A DNA stretch of 30,295 bases from Minisyncoccia bacterium (GCA_046594495.1 JBKJSQ010000057.1:1-30295), one strand, 5' to 3'. Shown: positions 1 through 8,056, counted from the first letter of the stretch. The notes: a model not told the origin generated them from the sequence alone. Numbers and translations: made by a program.

Positions 1-2
1 GC

Positions 3-473
3 GCCATTGCGGGCATTGGGCTCTGCACATATCCCTTGCCCTATCTCATATATCGATATCTGGGCACGGTTGGCACATCGGATATCCCCCTTGGCTGGAT
101 GCTCGCAGACGCACAATTTCTCCCGTTTATATTGGGTGGTGGCATTCTGTATGTCGTGGGTATGCGTATTCTGCGATTCCTCGGAATGACAACACGTCTC
201 TATTTTCTACCGAGTGTAGCCGTCAGCTACGCGCCAATGCTTTCACCCAACTGGTACCCGTTTCTCATCGTTACAGCACTCCTTCTGACCACATGGAGCC
301 TCATTGTATGCGTACGCATAGTGCAGGCGGAGGCACGCACCATTTCCGTGATTTCTATTGATGCAATCCGTAATTACTCTTTGCGGGCGCGAACACTGCT
401 CTTTAAACACCTGCAAGCGCTCCTGCAACACCGTAAACAAACGAACCAAATGCGCCACCGAGGAGCAAAATAA
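3..473 (+). CDS. 3' part of a membrane protein, truncated by the window start
   Basis: Frame is open from base 3 (AIAGIGLCTYPLPYLIYRYLG...) with several hydrophobic segments; the tail overlaps the convergent protease gene by about 70 nt. Confidence 0.45.
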   Translation, partial: AIAGIGLCTYPLPYLIYRYLGTVGTSDIPLGWMLADAQFLPFILGGGILYVVGMRILRFLGMTTRLYFLPSVAVSYAPMLSPNWYPFLIVTALLLTTWSLIVCVRIVQAEARTISVISIDAIRNYSLRARTLLFKHLQALLQHRKQTNQMRHRGAK

Positions 474-1029
474 TGACGACGACTAGCACCATGCCCATGA
501 GTGGATTGCTTTCCATGCGCTCACGCCATTGCGCATAGCCCCGCGCGAGTGAACCCGGCAAAAACGGCTCAATAACTTTCGATCCATCGAGTGGCGGGAT
601 CGGGATAAGATTGAAGAAGAAAAGCATAATATTGACCACCACCACTATGAATACAAGGCTTGCGGCAAGCTCAGAGACGAGACCAAGGCGCAGGATCAGC
701 GACATCACGAGCGCAATCGCCAAGTTCGAGGCAGGACCGGCAAACGCTACTATTGCCTCCGAAAAGCGCCCGGCACGCAGATTGTAGGGGTTGTATGGTA
801 CCGGTTTCGCATAGCCAAAGAAGATTGGTGAGTGCGCGAGCGCGAGCGAAATGGGAATTATGATAGAGCCCCATAAATCGAGGTGCGGGATAGGGTTGAG
901 TGTAAGGCGCCCTGCATAGCGGGCCGTGGGATCGCCCAGCTTATCGGCGGCAACGCCGTGCATCACTTCGTGAATGACGGCCGAGAATATAACTACCGCA
1001 ACTACAAATAGTATGTCTGCGAATTCCAT
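403..1029 (-). CDS. Site-2 protease family (peptidase M50) intramembrane zinc metalloprotease
   Basis: HEVMH zinc motif, FAGPASN and NLIPIPPLDG motifs, multiple TM segments. Confidence 0.92.
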   Translation of the reverse strand: MEFADILFVVAVVIFSAVIHEVMHGVAADKLGDPTARYAGRLTLNPIPHLDLWGSIIIPISLALAHSPIFFGYAKPVPYNPYNLRAGRFSEAIVAFAGPASNLAIALVMSLILRLGLVSELAASLVFIVVVVNIMLFFFNLIPIPPLDGSKVIEPFLPGSLARGYAQWRERMESNPLMGMVLVVVIILLLGGAFGSFVYGVAGALAGV

Positions 1030-1093
1030 AGATGACTAGTATACCCCGCGATTTTTTCCCGCCCAAGGCGGACCCGCCTCTTCACGAACAAAC

Positions 1094-1134
1094 AGCGCCT
1101 CAATGTCAAGGTGACACCTTGACATTGAGGCGCT
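1094..1134. repeat. Perfect 41-bp palindrome (20-bp arms, 1-nt spacer)
   Basis: agcgcctcaatgtcaaggtg-a-caccttgacattgaggcgct, read directly from the sequence. Confidence 0.85.
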
Positions 1135-1158
1135 CATCGAGAATCTGGTGGGCCTATT

Positions 1159-1187
1159 TTGACAATATTCCCTCTCCACGCTACAGT
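1159..1187 (+). promoter_or_regulatory. sigma70-type promoter of rpmB
   Basis: TTGACA (1159-1164), 17 nt spacer, TACAGT (1182-1187); ATG at 1198. Confidence 0.65.
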
Positions 1188-1197
1188 ACGCCGACGT

Positions 1198-1440
1198 ATG
1201 GCAAAGGTATGTGCAATAACAGGGGCTACATCACAAGTTGGAGGCGGGTACTCTAACCGTGTTCGTGCTACCAAGTTCAACCCAACCGGCAAGCGCCGCC
1301 GACAGGTAAACTTCCAGAGCAAGACCCTATTCATCCCTGAGCTCGGCAAAAAGGTCACAGTGACCGTTTCGGCTCGCGGACTCAAGACCATGAAGAAGCG
1401 CGGCGCATTCGCAACACTCAAGAAGGCGGGACTCATTTAA
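1198..1440 (+). CDS. rpmB: 50S ribosomal protein L28
   Basis: MAKVCAITG...KRRRQVNFQSKTLFIPELGKKVTVTVSARGLKTM is typical of bL28; start moved to ATG 1198 downstream of the promoter. Confidence 0.92.
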   Translation: MAKVCAITGATSQVGGGYSNRVRATKFNPTGKRRRQVNFQSKTLFIPELGKKVTVTVSARGLKTMKKRGAFATLKKAGLI

Positions 1441-1466
1441 AAACCCTCGCAAAAGCGAGGGTTTTT
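1439..1466 (+). terminator. Intrinsic terminator after rpmB
   Basis: aaaccctcgc-aaaa-gcgagggttt followed by T run. Confidence 0.8.
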
Positions 1467-1472
1467 AAATTT

Positions 1473-1542
1473 GAGACCCGTCGGTTCTCAACGCTCGTTC
1501 CTCGCGGGTCTCTTCCTCGGGGAACCGGCCGCGGTTCCCCGA
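1473..1542. repeat. REP-like double hairpin
   Basis: gagacccg/cgggtctc (1473-1480/1505-1512) and perfect 11-bp tcggggaaccg/cggttccccga (1517-1542). Confidence 0.5.
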
Positions 1543-1589
1543 CCCCCTCCGCCCATCTGCTTTGCAAATGTTCTAATCTCAACCAAACG

Positions 1590-1617
1590 AAAAGCCCCGG
1601 GAAACCGGGGCTTTTTT
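1590..1617. terminator. Bidirectional intrinsic terminator
   Basis: aaaagccccgg-gaaa-ccggggctttt just past the stop of the 1636-2043 gene. Confidence 0.8.
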
Positions 1618-1635
1618 AGTTTGGAACACGCACGA

Positions 1636-2043
1636 TCAAGAACGCTCTCGCAGCATCCGAAGACCAAGTCGGTCGAACACGAGCACGCGATGGATCATCA
1701 CGAAACCCGCTACGAGAAGCCATGGCCATGCATGCTCCATGTCTTCCCTGCCGCTATCAGCGAGCTTCAGCGCCGCGCTTGAAACGAAAACAAGTGCCCC
1801 TCCGAAACCGAATGAGAACGAAAGGTGCATATCGCGATCCTGCATAAAATACAGCAGCCACAGTGACAGGAACGCAGCGATCATTCCGCCCGTTTCGGGA
1901 ATGGCGTCCGGGGCGTGACCGCGCAACATCCAGACGAGCGTACCGCCGATAGCAATCGCCAACACACTCGTGCAAAGCGCGAAGTAGATGTGTGTGAACC
2001 TCCGCTCCGGTCGACCGAGAAAATACGTCATCACGCTGTCCAT
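1636..2043 (-). CDS. Hypothetical membrane protein (about 4 TM)
   Basis: 135-aa hydrophobic ORF with AGGAGG Shine-Dalgarno and a downstream terminator. Confidence 0.7.
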   Translation of the reverse strand: MDSVMTYFLGRPERRFTHIYFALCTSVLAIAIGGTLVWMLRGHAPDAIPETGGMIAAFLSLWLLYFMQDRDMHLSFSFGFGGALVFVSSAALKLADSGREDMEHAWPWLLVAGFVMIHRVLVFDRLGLRMLRERS

Positions 2044-2125
2044 TTCGTCTCCTCCTGAAACAGATATCTAGCCCGCAACCATCCTACCGCCACCGAGCGG
2101 GATGTCCACAAAATTTGAGAGACAG

Positions 2126-2989
2126 CTACTTATGAGAGACCGTTCGTCCATCTGAGACAAACGTGATGGATCCGTCGGTACACGTATCAAGTGTCGGAAT
2201 TTTGAATCGTTCGAACGTGTCTATTGTCTGCTTGGCCGGGTGTCCATAGGTGTTGTCGCAGCCGCGCGAATACACTGCAACTTCGGGATCCACCATGCCC
2301 ACAAACAATGCCGCCGACGATGACTTTGACCCGTGATGCGCCGCTTTTAAAACATTTGATTTCAGATTCGTTCCATCGAGCAAGACGAGATACTTTTCGA
2401 TTTCATCTGGTGCGTCACACGGAAGCATGAACGATGTCTCGCGATACACGAGACGCATCACTATGCATCCTGTATTTGTCTCAAGCGTTGGTACCGGTCG
2501 ATCGGGAAAGAGTACGTCGAGATACGCGCCACTCCCTAAATCGACTCGATCTCCTCGATCTGCGTTCACGATCTGTGCACCGGACTTTATTTCCTGTCGC
2601 AGTTCGTCGAGATACGCGCGCCACACTTCGGTCGTGCCCGGTGTCGACGGAACAAGTACGCTTGCAACGCGATAGCGCGGTAATACGTCGACGAGACCAC
2701 CTATATGGTCGGAATCCGCATGCGTTCCGATGATCAGGTCGATCGAACGGTCATACCACGGCATCACGTTTGAAAGTTCGCGAAGCACTGCGGTAGTTGC
2801 ACCGCCGTCTATCAATACCTGACGACCGGACGGCGAGACAATAAATATTGCGTCTCCTTGCCCCACATTTAGAAACGATACCGTGAGCAATCCCCGACGG
2901 TCTTCATGCATCGCCGCAATCCAGATCACACATACGAGAACTAGCAGTGCGAGTATCGCAATCAAGGTTACTCGCGTACTCTTTTGCAT
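2126..2989 (-). CDS. ComEC/Rec2-type metallo-beta-lactamase domain protein (stand-alone C-terminal half of ComEC)
   Basis: N-terminal TM anchor; FLNVGQGDAI, VLIDGG, THADSDHIGG, LKAAHHGSKSS, NTYGHP motifs. Confidence 0.88.
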   Translation of the reverse strand: MQKSTRVTLIAILALLVLVCVIWIAAMHEDRRGLLTVSFLNVGQGDAIFIVSPSGRQVLIDGGATTAVLRELSNVMPWYDRSIDLIIGTHADSDHIGGLVDVLPRYRVASVLVPSTPGTTEVWRAYLDELRQEIKSGAQIVNADRGDRVDLGSGAYLDVLFPDRPVPTLETNTGCIVMRLVYRETSFMLPCDAPDEIEKYLVLLDGTNLKSNVLKAAHHGSKSSSAALFVGMVDPEVAVYSRGCDNTYGHPAKQTIDTFERFKIPTLDTCTDGSITFVSDGRTVSHK

Positions 2990-3041
2990 GGAACGAGTAT
3001 GTCACGATTCCTTCATACGACCCGATGCTATACTCACAGCC

Positions 3042-3641
3042 ATGAATTACGAACCGAAACCTACGCGATTTAATATCCCGAAACTCGAAGGCATCTCGGA
3101 GAAATCCATCGAAGAGCACATCGGCCTATACGAGGGGTACGTGAAAAACTTTAATGCGATCGGGGCAAAGATCGAGGAGTACCTCAAGGATTCCGCGCAA
3201 CACTCCATCGCGCTATCCGAACTCACACGCCGACACTCGTTTGAATTCGGCGGAATGAGACTACACGAACTATACTTTTCTCAATTCGAGGGCGGAGCGG
3301 CGCCAGTTGTCGCAGATGGCCCGTTTGCTGCGGCCATAACCCGGGACTACGGCTCTGTGGAAAATTTGGTTAAGGAAGCAAAGCAAGTCGGTCTTATGCG
3401 AGGGCCTGGATGGTCGCTTCTCTATTGGGACGCTGTTGGCCAAACATTCCATCTGGGCTTTTCGGGCGAGCAACATCAGGGGCATTTTGTAACGCTCCCC
3501 GTTATCCTTGCGCTCGATGTGTGGGAGCACGCGTTCCTGCTCGACTACGGCGCCCAGGGCAAGGGAAAGTATATCGACGCGTTCTTCAAGAACCTCAATT
3601 GGGGCAGTGTTGAAAAGCGGTTTGCTGAAGCTACGAAATAG
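3042..3641 (+). CDS. sod: Fe/Mn superoxide dismutase
   Basis: Metal ligands in HIGLYEGYV, GMRLHELYF and LDVWEHAF; start at ATG 3042, 7 nt after TGcTATACT. Confidence 0.9.
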   Translation: MNYEPKPTRFNIPKLEGISEKSIEEHIGLYEGYVKNFNAIGAKIEEYLKDSAQHSIALSELTRRHSFEFGGMRLHELYFSQFEGGAAPVVADGPFAAAITRDYGSVENLVKEAKQVGLMRGPGWSLLYWDAVGQTFHLGFSGEQHQGHFVTLPVILALDVWEHAFLLDYGAQGKGKYIDAFFKNLNWGSVEKRFAEATK

Positions 3642-3675
3642 CATTTCGACTAGTTCGACAGACTCACTACAAGCA

Positions 3676-3945
3676 GCTCTGGGTACTTATCCTCGCCGAA
3701 GCCCCGAGTTTGCACCGAGCGATCCTTTGTGAGGCGAGTCGAAGTGTGTAAAAGCGATTTGCCCGGTTAGTAGGAACTGGCGAATAAGTGCACTGGGAAT
3801 ACTTTCATATGGCAGTGGTAATCACGCGTATGTACAACACAAGATCACGCGTTTACTGCTAGCGCTATCGCGCCTCTCCAGTTCACACTACCGGGTTTGC
3901 ACGACGGCCTAAGTAGCGATACCCTTACGCTATTAGCACGTGGTC
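3676..3945. ncRNA. Candidate structured ncRNA with a 6S RNA-like rod (core 3732-3910)
   Basis: ORF-free intergenic region with nested complementary blocks cccgg/ccggg, gaactgg/ccagttc, tggcagtgg/ttactgcta and acgcgt/acgcgt around a central bubble, plus flanking hairpins. Family assignment unverified. Confidence 0.5.
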
Positions 3946-3970
3946 ACAAATCTATTAACTATTTAGAATT

Positions 3971-4423
3971 ATGAATCTTGAACGATCGATTTTGGTTGCA
4001 TTCATCGGCAACTACATTATCAATAACGTCGTCGCAGCCATCGTTGCACTCATTCCAGCGGGAGAATCCACAAGCGTTCTCACACCGCAATACATTGCGT
4101 ACGTGATTCTCGCAGCAGTCTTTGCCGCAGGGTTCGCGTGGTGGGCACTCAAAACAGTTGCTCGTTCACATGCAATGAAAGCCGGCATCATCTTCGGCGC
4201 TATTGCATTCGTTGTATCGATCGTCACTGCATTCGTGACCGGTATCACCGGCGTGCTCGCACAAACCGGTTCTATCTCGCAGATGTTCTCCATCATTCCA
4301 AACTTCGGACCATTCCTCTTGAGCTGGTCTACGCTCGTGCTGCTCGCGTACTGGGTCATCCCGTCCGCACTTGTCGGTTGGTACGTACAGCGTGGCGCAC
4401 AACCTGTGCACACAGAAATGTAA
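3971..4423 (+). CDS. Hypothetical integral membrane protein
   Basis: 150-aa ORF with about 4 TM segments, followed by a terminator. Confidence 0.75.
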   Translation: MNLERSILVAFIGNYIINNVVAAIVALIPAGESTSVLTPQYIAYVILAAVFAAGFAWWALKTVARSHAMKAGIIFGAIAFVVSIVTAFVTGITGVLAQTGSISQMFSIIPNFGPFLLSWSTLVLLAYWVIPSALVGWYVQRGAQPVHTEM

Positions 4424-4436
4424 TCACTCGTAGCAC

Positions 4437-4470
4437 AAAAAACAGCCTGACCACCGTCAGGCTGTTTTTT
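4437..4470. terminator. Bidirectional terminator
   Basis: aaaaaacagcctgac-cacc-gtcaggctgtttttt between convergent genes. Confidence 0.85.
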
Positions 4471-5938
4471 TATGTTTCGCAAGCGGGTATCGTCTCATGA
4501 GCACAATTATGATCGTGAGTATTAGTCCATACACCACAAAGAGCATCCACGGCGGAAACGCACCAACCTCAATCGAGGCATACGGTATCGCCGCGCAATA
4601 TTCTGCCACAACCACGATGTAGCGAAGTAGTAGATACGCAGGAAACGCGATGAGCGCACCCCACGTTCCAAATACAATTCCTCCAACGGCGGCGATCGCG
4701 GAGAACACCATCGCAAGCGGTACTGCAATGAGCGCGAGTAAATTTGCCGGGAGCGAAACGATGCTAAGGAGACCGTTGCTAAACAAGAGGAGCGGAAGCA
4801 CGCTCAGTTGTGTTGCGATCGTTGCTGCGGTTATTTCGCGAAGCGTTAACGTATTTGGCATGCGATGCAGTAATCGTTCAACGTATGGCGCGATCAGAAT
4901 CAGTCCAAGTGTTGCAAGCACTGAGAGCTGAAATCCGGGGTCATACACGAGCAGATACGGATTCCAAACAACCATGACAAACACAATCGCACCGAGCACG
5001 CGCAATGCAACAAATTGTCTGCCATAGAGCGAGGCGACGACTGCGCAAAACGCCATGGCTCCCGCGCGCATGGCGCTCGCCGCACCCCCCGAAATAACCG
5101 CGAAGAAAACTACTACAAGTAGTACCGAGAGCAGTTGTGGCGTGCGTTGCATACGCGTAAGCAATCCCATACATGCACCGAGCACGATTGTGATGTTGTA
5201 TCCGGAGAGAACTAAAATGTGCACAAGCGATACTTCTTGAAACACATCGGAAAGCTCACTGCCGACAGAGCGCTTGTCGCCCGCAGTAATTCCAGCAGCA
5301 AGTCCTGCATAGGGCTCGGGTAATACTGCGCGCAGCCCAGCTATGTATACGGATTTGATACCAAGCATCGCCGCTTTAATCGGATTCCCACCGTGCTCTA
5401 GCACACGCACCTGTGCATACGACAGTTCGTATGTAACCCCACGTGAGGCAAGAAAGTTTGGATAATCAAACACTCGGCCCGCTCCGCTTTCGAACGCTTT
5501 TGGTTTGTGCAGTTTTCCTTCCGAAGAAATTCGGTCTCCGTATGCAACGCTCGAGTGCGATGGAGCAATGACGAGCATCCGTGTTTCAATCGCCTCCCCA
5601 TTAAAAGTCGACACGTCGACGGTGAGCCGTATATTTCGCTCGCGCACATCTGGCTCTCCTATAACCACACCTTCAATAAAAACTTTTTGCTCAACGGATG
5701 CTTCTACTTGAGGCGGATAGTGCACCCGCGCTCCATCAAAGCGAACCATTCCAAGCACCAAAGCACAGACACCGAGCGCCGCGAATGCAAATACGCGAGC
5801 GGGACGCGAAACGACTAGCAACAAAAGGGCTACGCAAAGAAAGCCTGTGACAAGTGTCGTTGAAACAATAAACAACGATGCATAAAATATGCCGAGCAAA
5901 AAACCACCAACACATACTCCAGCAATACGCGTGAACAT
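4457..5938 (-). CDS. comEC: ComEC/Rec2 competence membrane channel (N-terminal OB-like and Competence domains, no MBL domain)
   Basis: HILVLSGYNITIV, SAMRAGAM, DPGFQLSVLAT and SLPANLL motifs of the Competence domain; multi-TM. Confidence 0.88.
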   Translation of the reverse strand: MFTRIAGVCVGGFLLGIFYASLFIVSTTLVTGFLCVALLLLVVSRPARVFAFAALGVCALVLGMVRFDGARVHYPPQVEASVEQKVFIEGVVIGEPDVRERNIRLTVDVSTFNGEAIETRMLVIAPSHSSVAYGDRISSEGKLHKPKAFESGAGRVFDYPNFLASRGVTYELSYAQVRVLEHGGNPIKAAMLGIKSVYIAGLRAVLPEPYAGLAAGITAGDKRSVGSELSDVFQEVSLVHILVLSGYNITIVLGACMGLLTRMQRTPQLLSVLLVVVFFAVISGGAASAMRAGAMAFCAVVASLYGRQFVALRVLGAIVFVMVVWNPYLLVYDPGFQLSVLATLGLILIAPYVERLLHRMPNTLTLREITAATIATQLSVLPLLLFSNGLLSIVSLPANLLALIAVPLAMVFSAIAAVGGIVFGTWGALIAFPAYLLLRYIVVVAEYCAAIPYASIEVGAFPPWMLFVVYGLILTIIIVLMRRYPLAKHKKTA

Positions 5939-5952
5939 ACGCTCACAGTACC

Positions 5953-5988
5953 AAAAGAAATAACCTCCGGAGCAGATGCTCCGGAGGT
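5953..5988 (-). terminator. Intrinsic terminator downstream of the 6011-6190 ORF
   Basis: Perfect 12-bp stem acctccggagca/tgctccggaggt followed on the minus strand by tatttctttt. Confidence 0.8.
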
Positions 5989-6010
5989 CACTGTGCCGAC
6001 CGTGTCGCCG

Positions 6011-6190
6011 TTAACCGAGCCAGTCCTTGGCCTTGAGACCAGGCCGTTCCGCCGGCGTCCGCCCCGCGCTCGTGCCGCTCGCGTTGCCCGTCGTGCCACT
6101 TGCGTTCCCGCCGACCAATTCCGCAATCGCCGCAGACGTTGTCACCGTATGCCCGCCGCTCAGAGCACGCATCTTAGCTGTACCAGACAT
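6011..6190 (-). CDS. Small low-complexity protein (59 aa) ending in Gly
   Basis: Manually translated MSGTAKMRALSGG...PGLKAKDWLG. It has a GGAAGGA SD 6 nt upstream, a putative TTGACG-17-TACTGT promoter (6266-6238) and its own terminator. Below the ORF-track length cutoff. Confidence 0.4.
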   Translation of the reverse strand: MSGTAKMRALSGGHTVTTSAAIAELVGGNASGTTGNASGTSAGRTPAERPGLKAKDWLG

Positions 6191-6242
6191 GAGCTATCCT
6201 TCCGGTTCGGGACATGCACTGCGCACATCCTCTCTCCACAGT

Positions 6243-6282
6243 AAGAAAAGAGCACCCCTGCGTCAAGTACGCAGTGGTGCTC
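6243..6282 (-). terminator. Terminator after the E1-like gene, overlapping a putative promoter
   Basis: gagcacc-a-ctgcgt..acgcag-g-ggtgctc followed by ttttctt on the minus strand. Confidence 0.7.
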
Positions 6283-6296
6283 AGAATTTTCGAATC

Positions 6297-6953
6297 TCAC
6301 CAGATGTGCGATTCAAGACGCGGCGGCCGCATACCAATTTGAATCTGATTTACCAGACGGTCATTCGACCCGTTCACGATCTCAGTAAAGCGAACCGCTT
6401 GCCATACCGCGATCTCTGCGACTATGTTGGCAATCGGGCCAAGTGACACCGTCACACCGCAACTGACTTCTGCACCGGGAGGATCCGGATACCAGTAGTG
6501 TTCCCATGCATCTTGATGCGCTTTTTCCGACGGATCGAGCACACGTATCGTTGCAGTATCTTGTCCGACGCGAAGTTCAATCATGAGAACGTCGTCGTTG
6601 CCTTTGAGACACGTTTCCCAAATGCGCCACCGTGCAGCCATGGTGTGAACACACACGAACGCAATGCCTGAAATGTGGTGTTTGCTATCAACGTACGTGT
6701 TGTGTGCAACGATGGGCAAATTACTCCACGTATTAAGAATGCCTTTTGCAGCCTCAACCTTTGGAAAACTCACATGCTCGGCTCTGAACAGTTGTGCACG
6801 TACGTTCTGCGACTCGACGTTGTCGCCGTCCCACAGATTAAGCGTGCTCGAAATACGTTCCAGCCCAAGCTCGTCGAGCGAGCGAGCGATGCGCATCCCC
6901 AATGTTCCCACACCGATGATGTGAATCGGATCCGTAAGTTTAGCGTGTGCCAT
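6297..6953 (-). CDS. ThiF/E1-like adenylating enzyme
   Basis: IIGVGTLG nucleotide-binding loop, WDGDNVESQNVRAQ, KVEAAK and C-terminal SCG; SD-led start MAHAK at 6953, 1 nt after the upstream stop. Confidence 0.8.
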   Translation of the reverse strand: MAHAKLTDPIHIIGVGTLGMRIARSLDELGLERISSTLNLWDGDNVESQNVRAQLFRAEHVSFPKVEAAKGILNTWSNLPIVAHNTYVDSKHHISGIAFVCVHTMAARWRIWETCLKGNDDVLMIELRVGQDTATIRVLDPSEKAHQDAWEHYWYPDPPGAEVSCGVTVSLGPIANIVAEIAVWQAVRFTEIVNGSNDRLVNQIQIGMRPPRLESHIW

Positions 6954-6954
6954 T

Positions 6955-7533
6955 TCAATCCCCTTCTCTTTTTGGCCAGTGCTCGAGCCCAAGATATGCC
7001 ATTTGTACATCCACCACATCAGCGTCCATGCGCAAACACGGCATAAGACGATGCATAGCAGTCGATATGCGCGCGTCTAGCAACAAGCGCATCAGCTCCT
7101 CGCGTGCCGAGAAGCAGATCGTTCCGTCTATAACGTGCGGGTGTGCGCATAGTCGCTGGTCCTCACGCGTTTGCGTGCGACCGACATTCTCGAATTTGAG
7201 TGTTTTTGTGACCGCGAAGTATGTGACGATCAATTCGCCGATGGTTCGCCACGTACCGCGATCGTCGCGCATATGGATACACTCAGTGAGCAGATGTAGA
7301 CGCGAATACTCGAGATTCACTCCAATTTCTACAATTCCCGGAACTGCACACAGTCGACGGAAATCCTCAATTCCCCTGTTGCGCCATTCGTCCGCTGAAT
7401 TATGATTTATGCGCGAACAGAATTCGCCGTAGTCGGCATGGATTTTCGGGATATTCGACGCCACGACCGGTAATTGCTGAGGTGTCCGCTTCTGAAAGGC
7501 ACTGATGCCGTGCTTACGCGTGAGTCCCATCAT
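6955..7533 (-). CDS. Prokaryotic E2 (ubiquitin-conjugating fold)-like protein
   Basis: HPHVIDGTICF resembles the E2 HPN..G.IC catalytic signature; coupled to the E1-like gene; AAGGAG SD. Confidence 0.6.
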   Translation of the reverse strand: MMGLTRKHGISAFQKRTPQQLPVVASNIPKIHADYGEFCSRINHNSADEWRNRGIEDFRRLCAVPGIVEIGVNLEYSRLHLLTECIHMRDDRGTWRTIGELIVTYFAVTKTLKFENVGRTQTREDQRLCAHPHVIDGTICFSAREELMRLLLDARISTAMHRLMPCLRMDADVVDVQMAYLGLEHWPKREGD

Positions 7534-7562
7534 GCACTCCTTCTCTGTATGTCGCTCTAGCG

Positions 7563-7591
7563 ACGATAGACCGCTTGGTCACTGATGTCAA
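7563..7591 (-). promoter_or_regulatory. sigma70 promoter of the E2-E1 operon
   Basis: Minus strand TTGACA (7591-7586), 17 nt spacer, TATCGT (7568-7563). Confidence 0.65.
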
Positions 7592-7995
7592 AGCACTTCG
7601 TCGAGCGCTTCGTTTACGAGTCGGTCAGCCACTTTGTTTTGTTCACGCGGTACGTATTCAAATCGCCACGTTTTGAACTCTTTCAAAAGTACATGAGCTT
7701 TTGCTGCTTGCGGCTTGAGTGTAATTTCTTTTATTTTCCAATTACCCGAGATCTGCTCTACGACGAGTTTGCTGTCCATTCGAACGGTCACATTGCGGCC
7801 GCTCAGGCCGGATTCGACCGCTTTTTCAAGCGCGAGCGAAACCGCTTCATATTCAGCCCAGTTATTCGTTTGACGCTCTCCGAGGTACTTCTTACCCTCA
7901 ATCGCATTGCCATCGACATATATTACGAATCCTGCTGCGGCTGGCCCAGGATTTCCGCGAGCACCACCATCTGTATAAATGACTATTGGTTGCAT
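7588..7995 (-). CDS. rnhA: Ribonuclease HI family protein
   Basis: YTDGGARGNPGPA, TNNWAEYEA, MDSKLVVEQ, NKVADRLVN; start MQPIV 7 nt after TATCAT. Confidence 0.9.
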   Translation of the reverse strand: MQPIVIYTDGGARGNPGPAAAGFVIYVDGNAIEGKKYLGERQTNNWAEYEAVSLALEKAVESGLSGRNVTVRMDSKLVVEQISGNWKIKEITLKPQAAKAHVLLKEFKTWRFEYVPREQNKVADRLVNEALDEVL

Positions 7996-8056
7996 GGTCG
8001 ACATGATACACGAAGAACCCACCGGTATTTCCCGGTGGGTTCTTGCGAATGCTTTC

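Noticed and set aside
3645-3674. ttcgactagttcgacagactcactacaagc as a REP-like remnant
   Set aside because: Resembles short dispersed repeats I recall from other genomes but is single-copy here and weakly structured.
3642-3945. tmRNA, RNase P RNA, SRP RNA or c-di-GMP/ZTP riboswitch
   Set aside because: No tRNA-like ends, no correctly placed GAGGAAAGUCC, no SRP S-domain; only short partial resemblances to riboswitch motifs.
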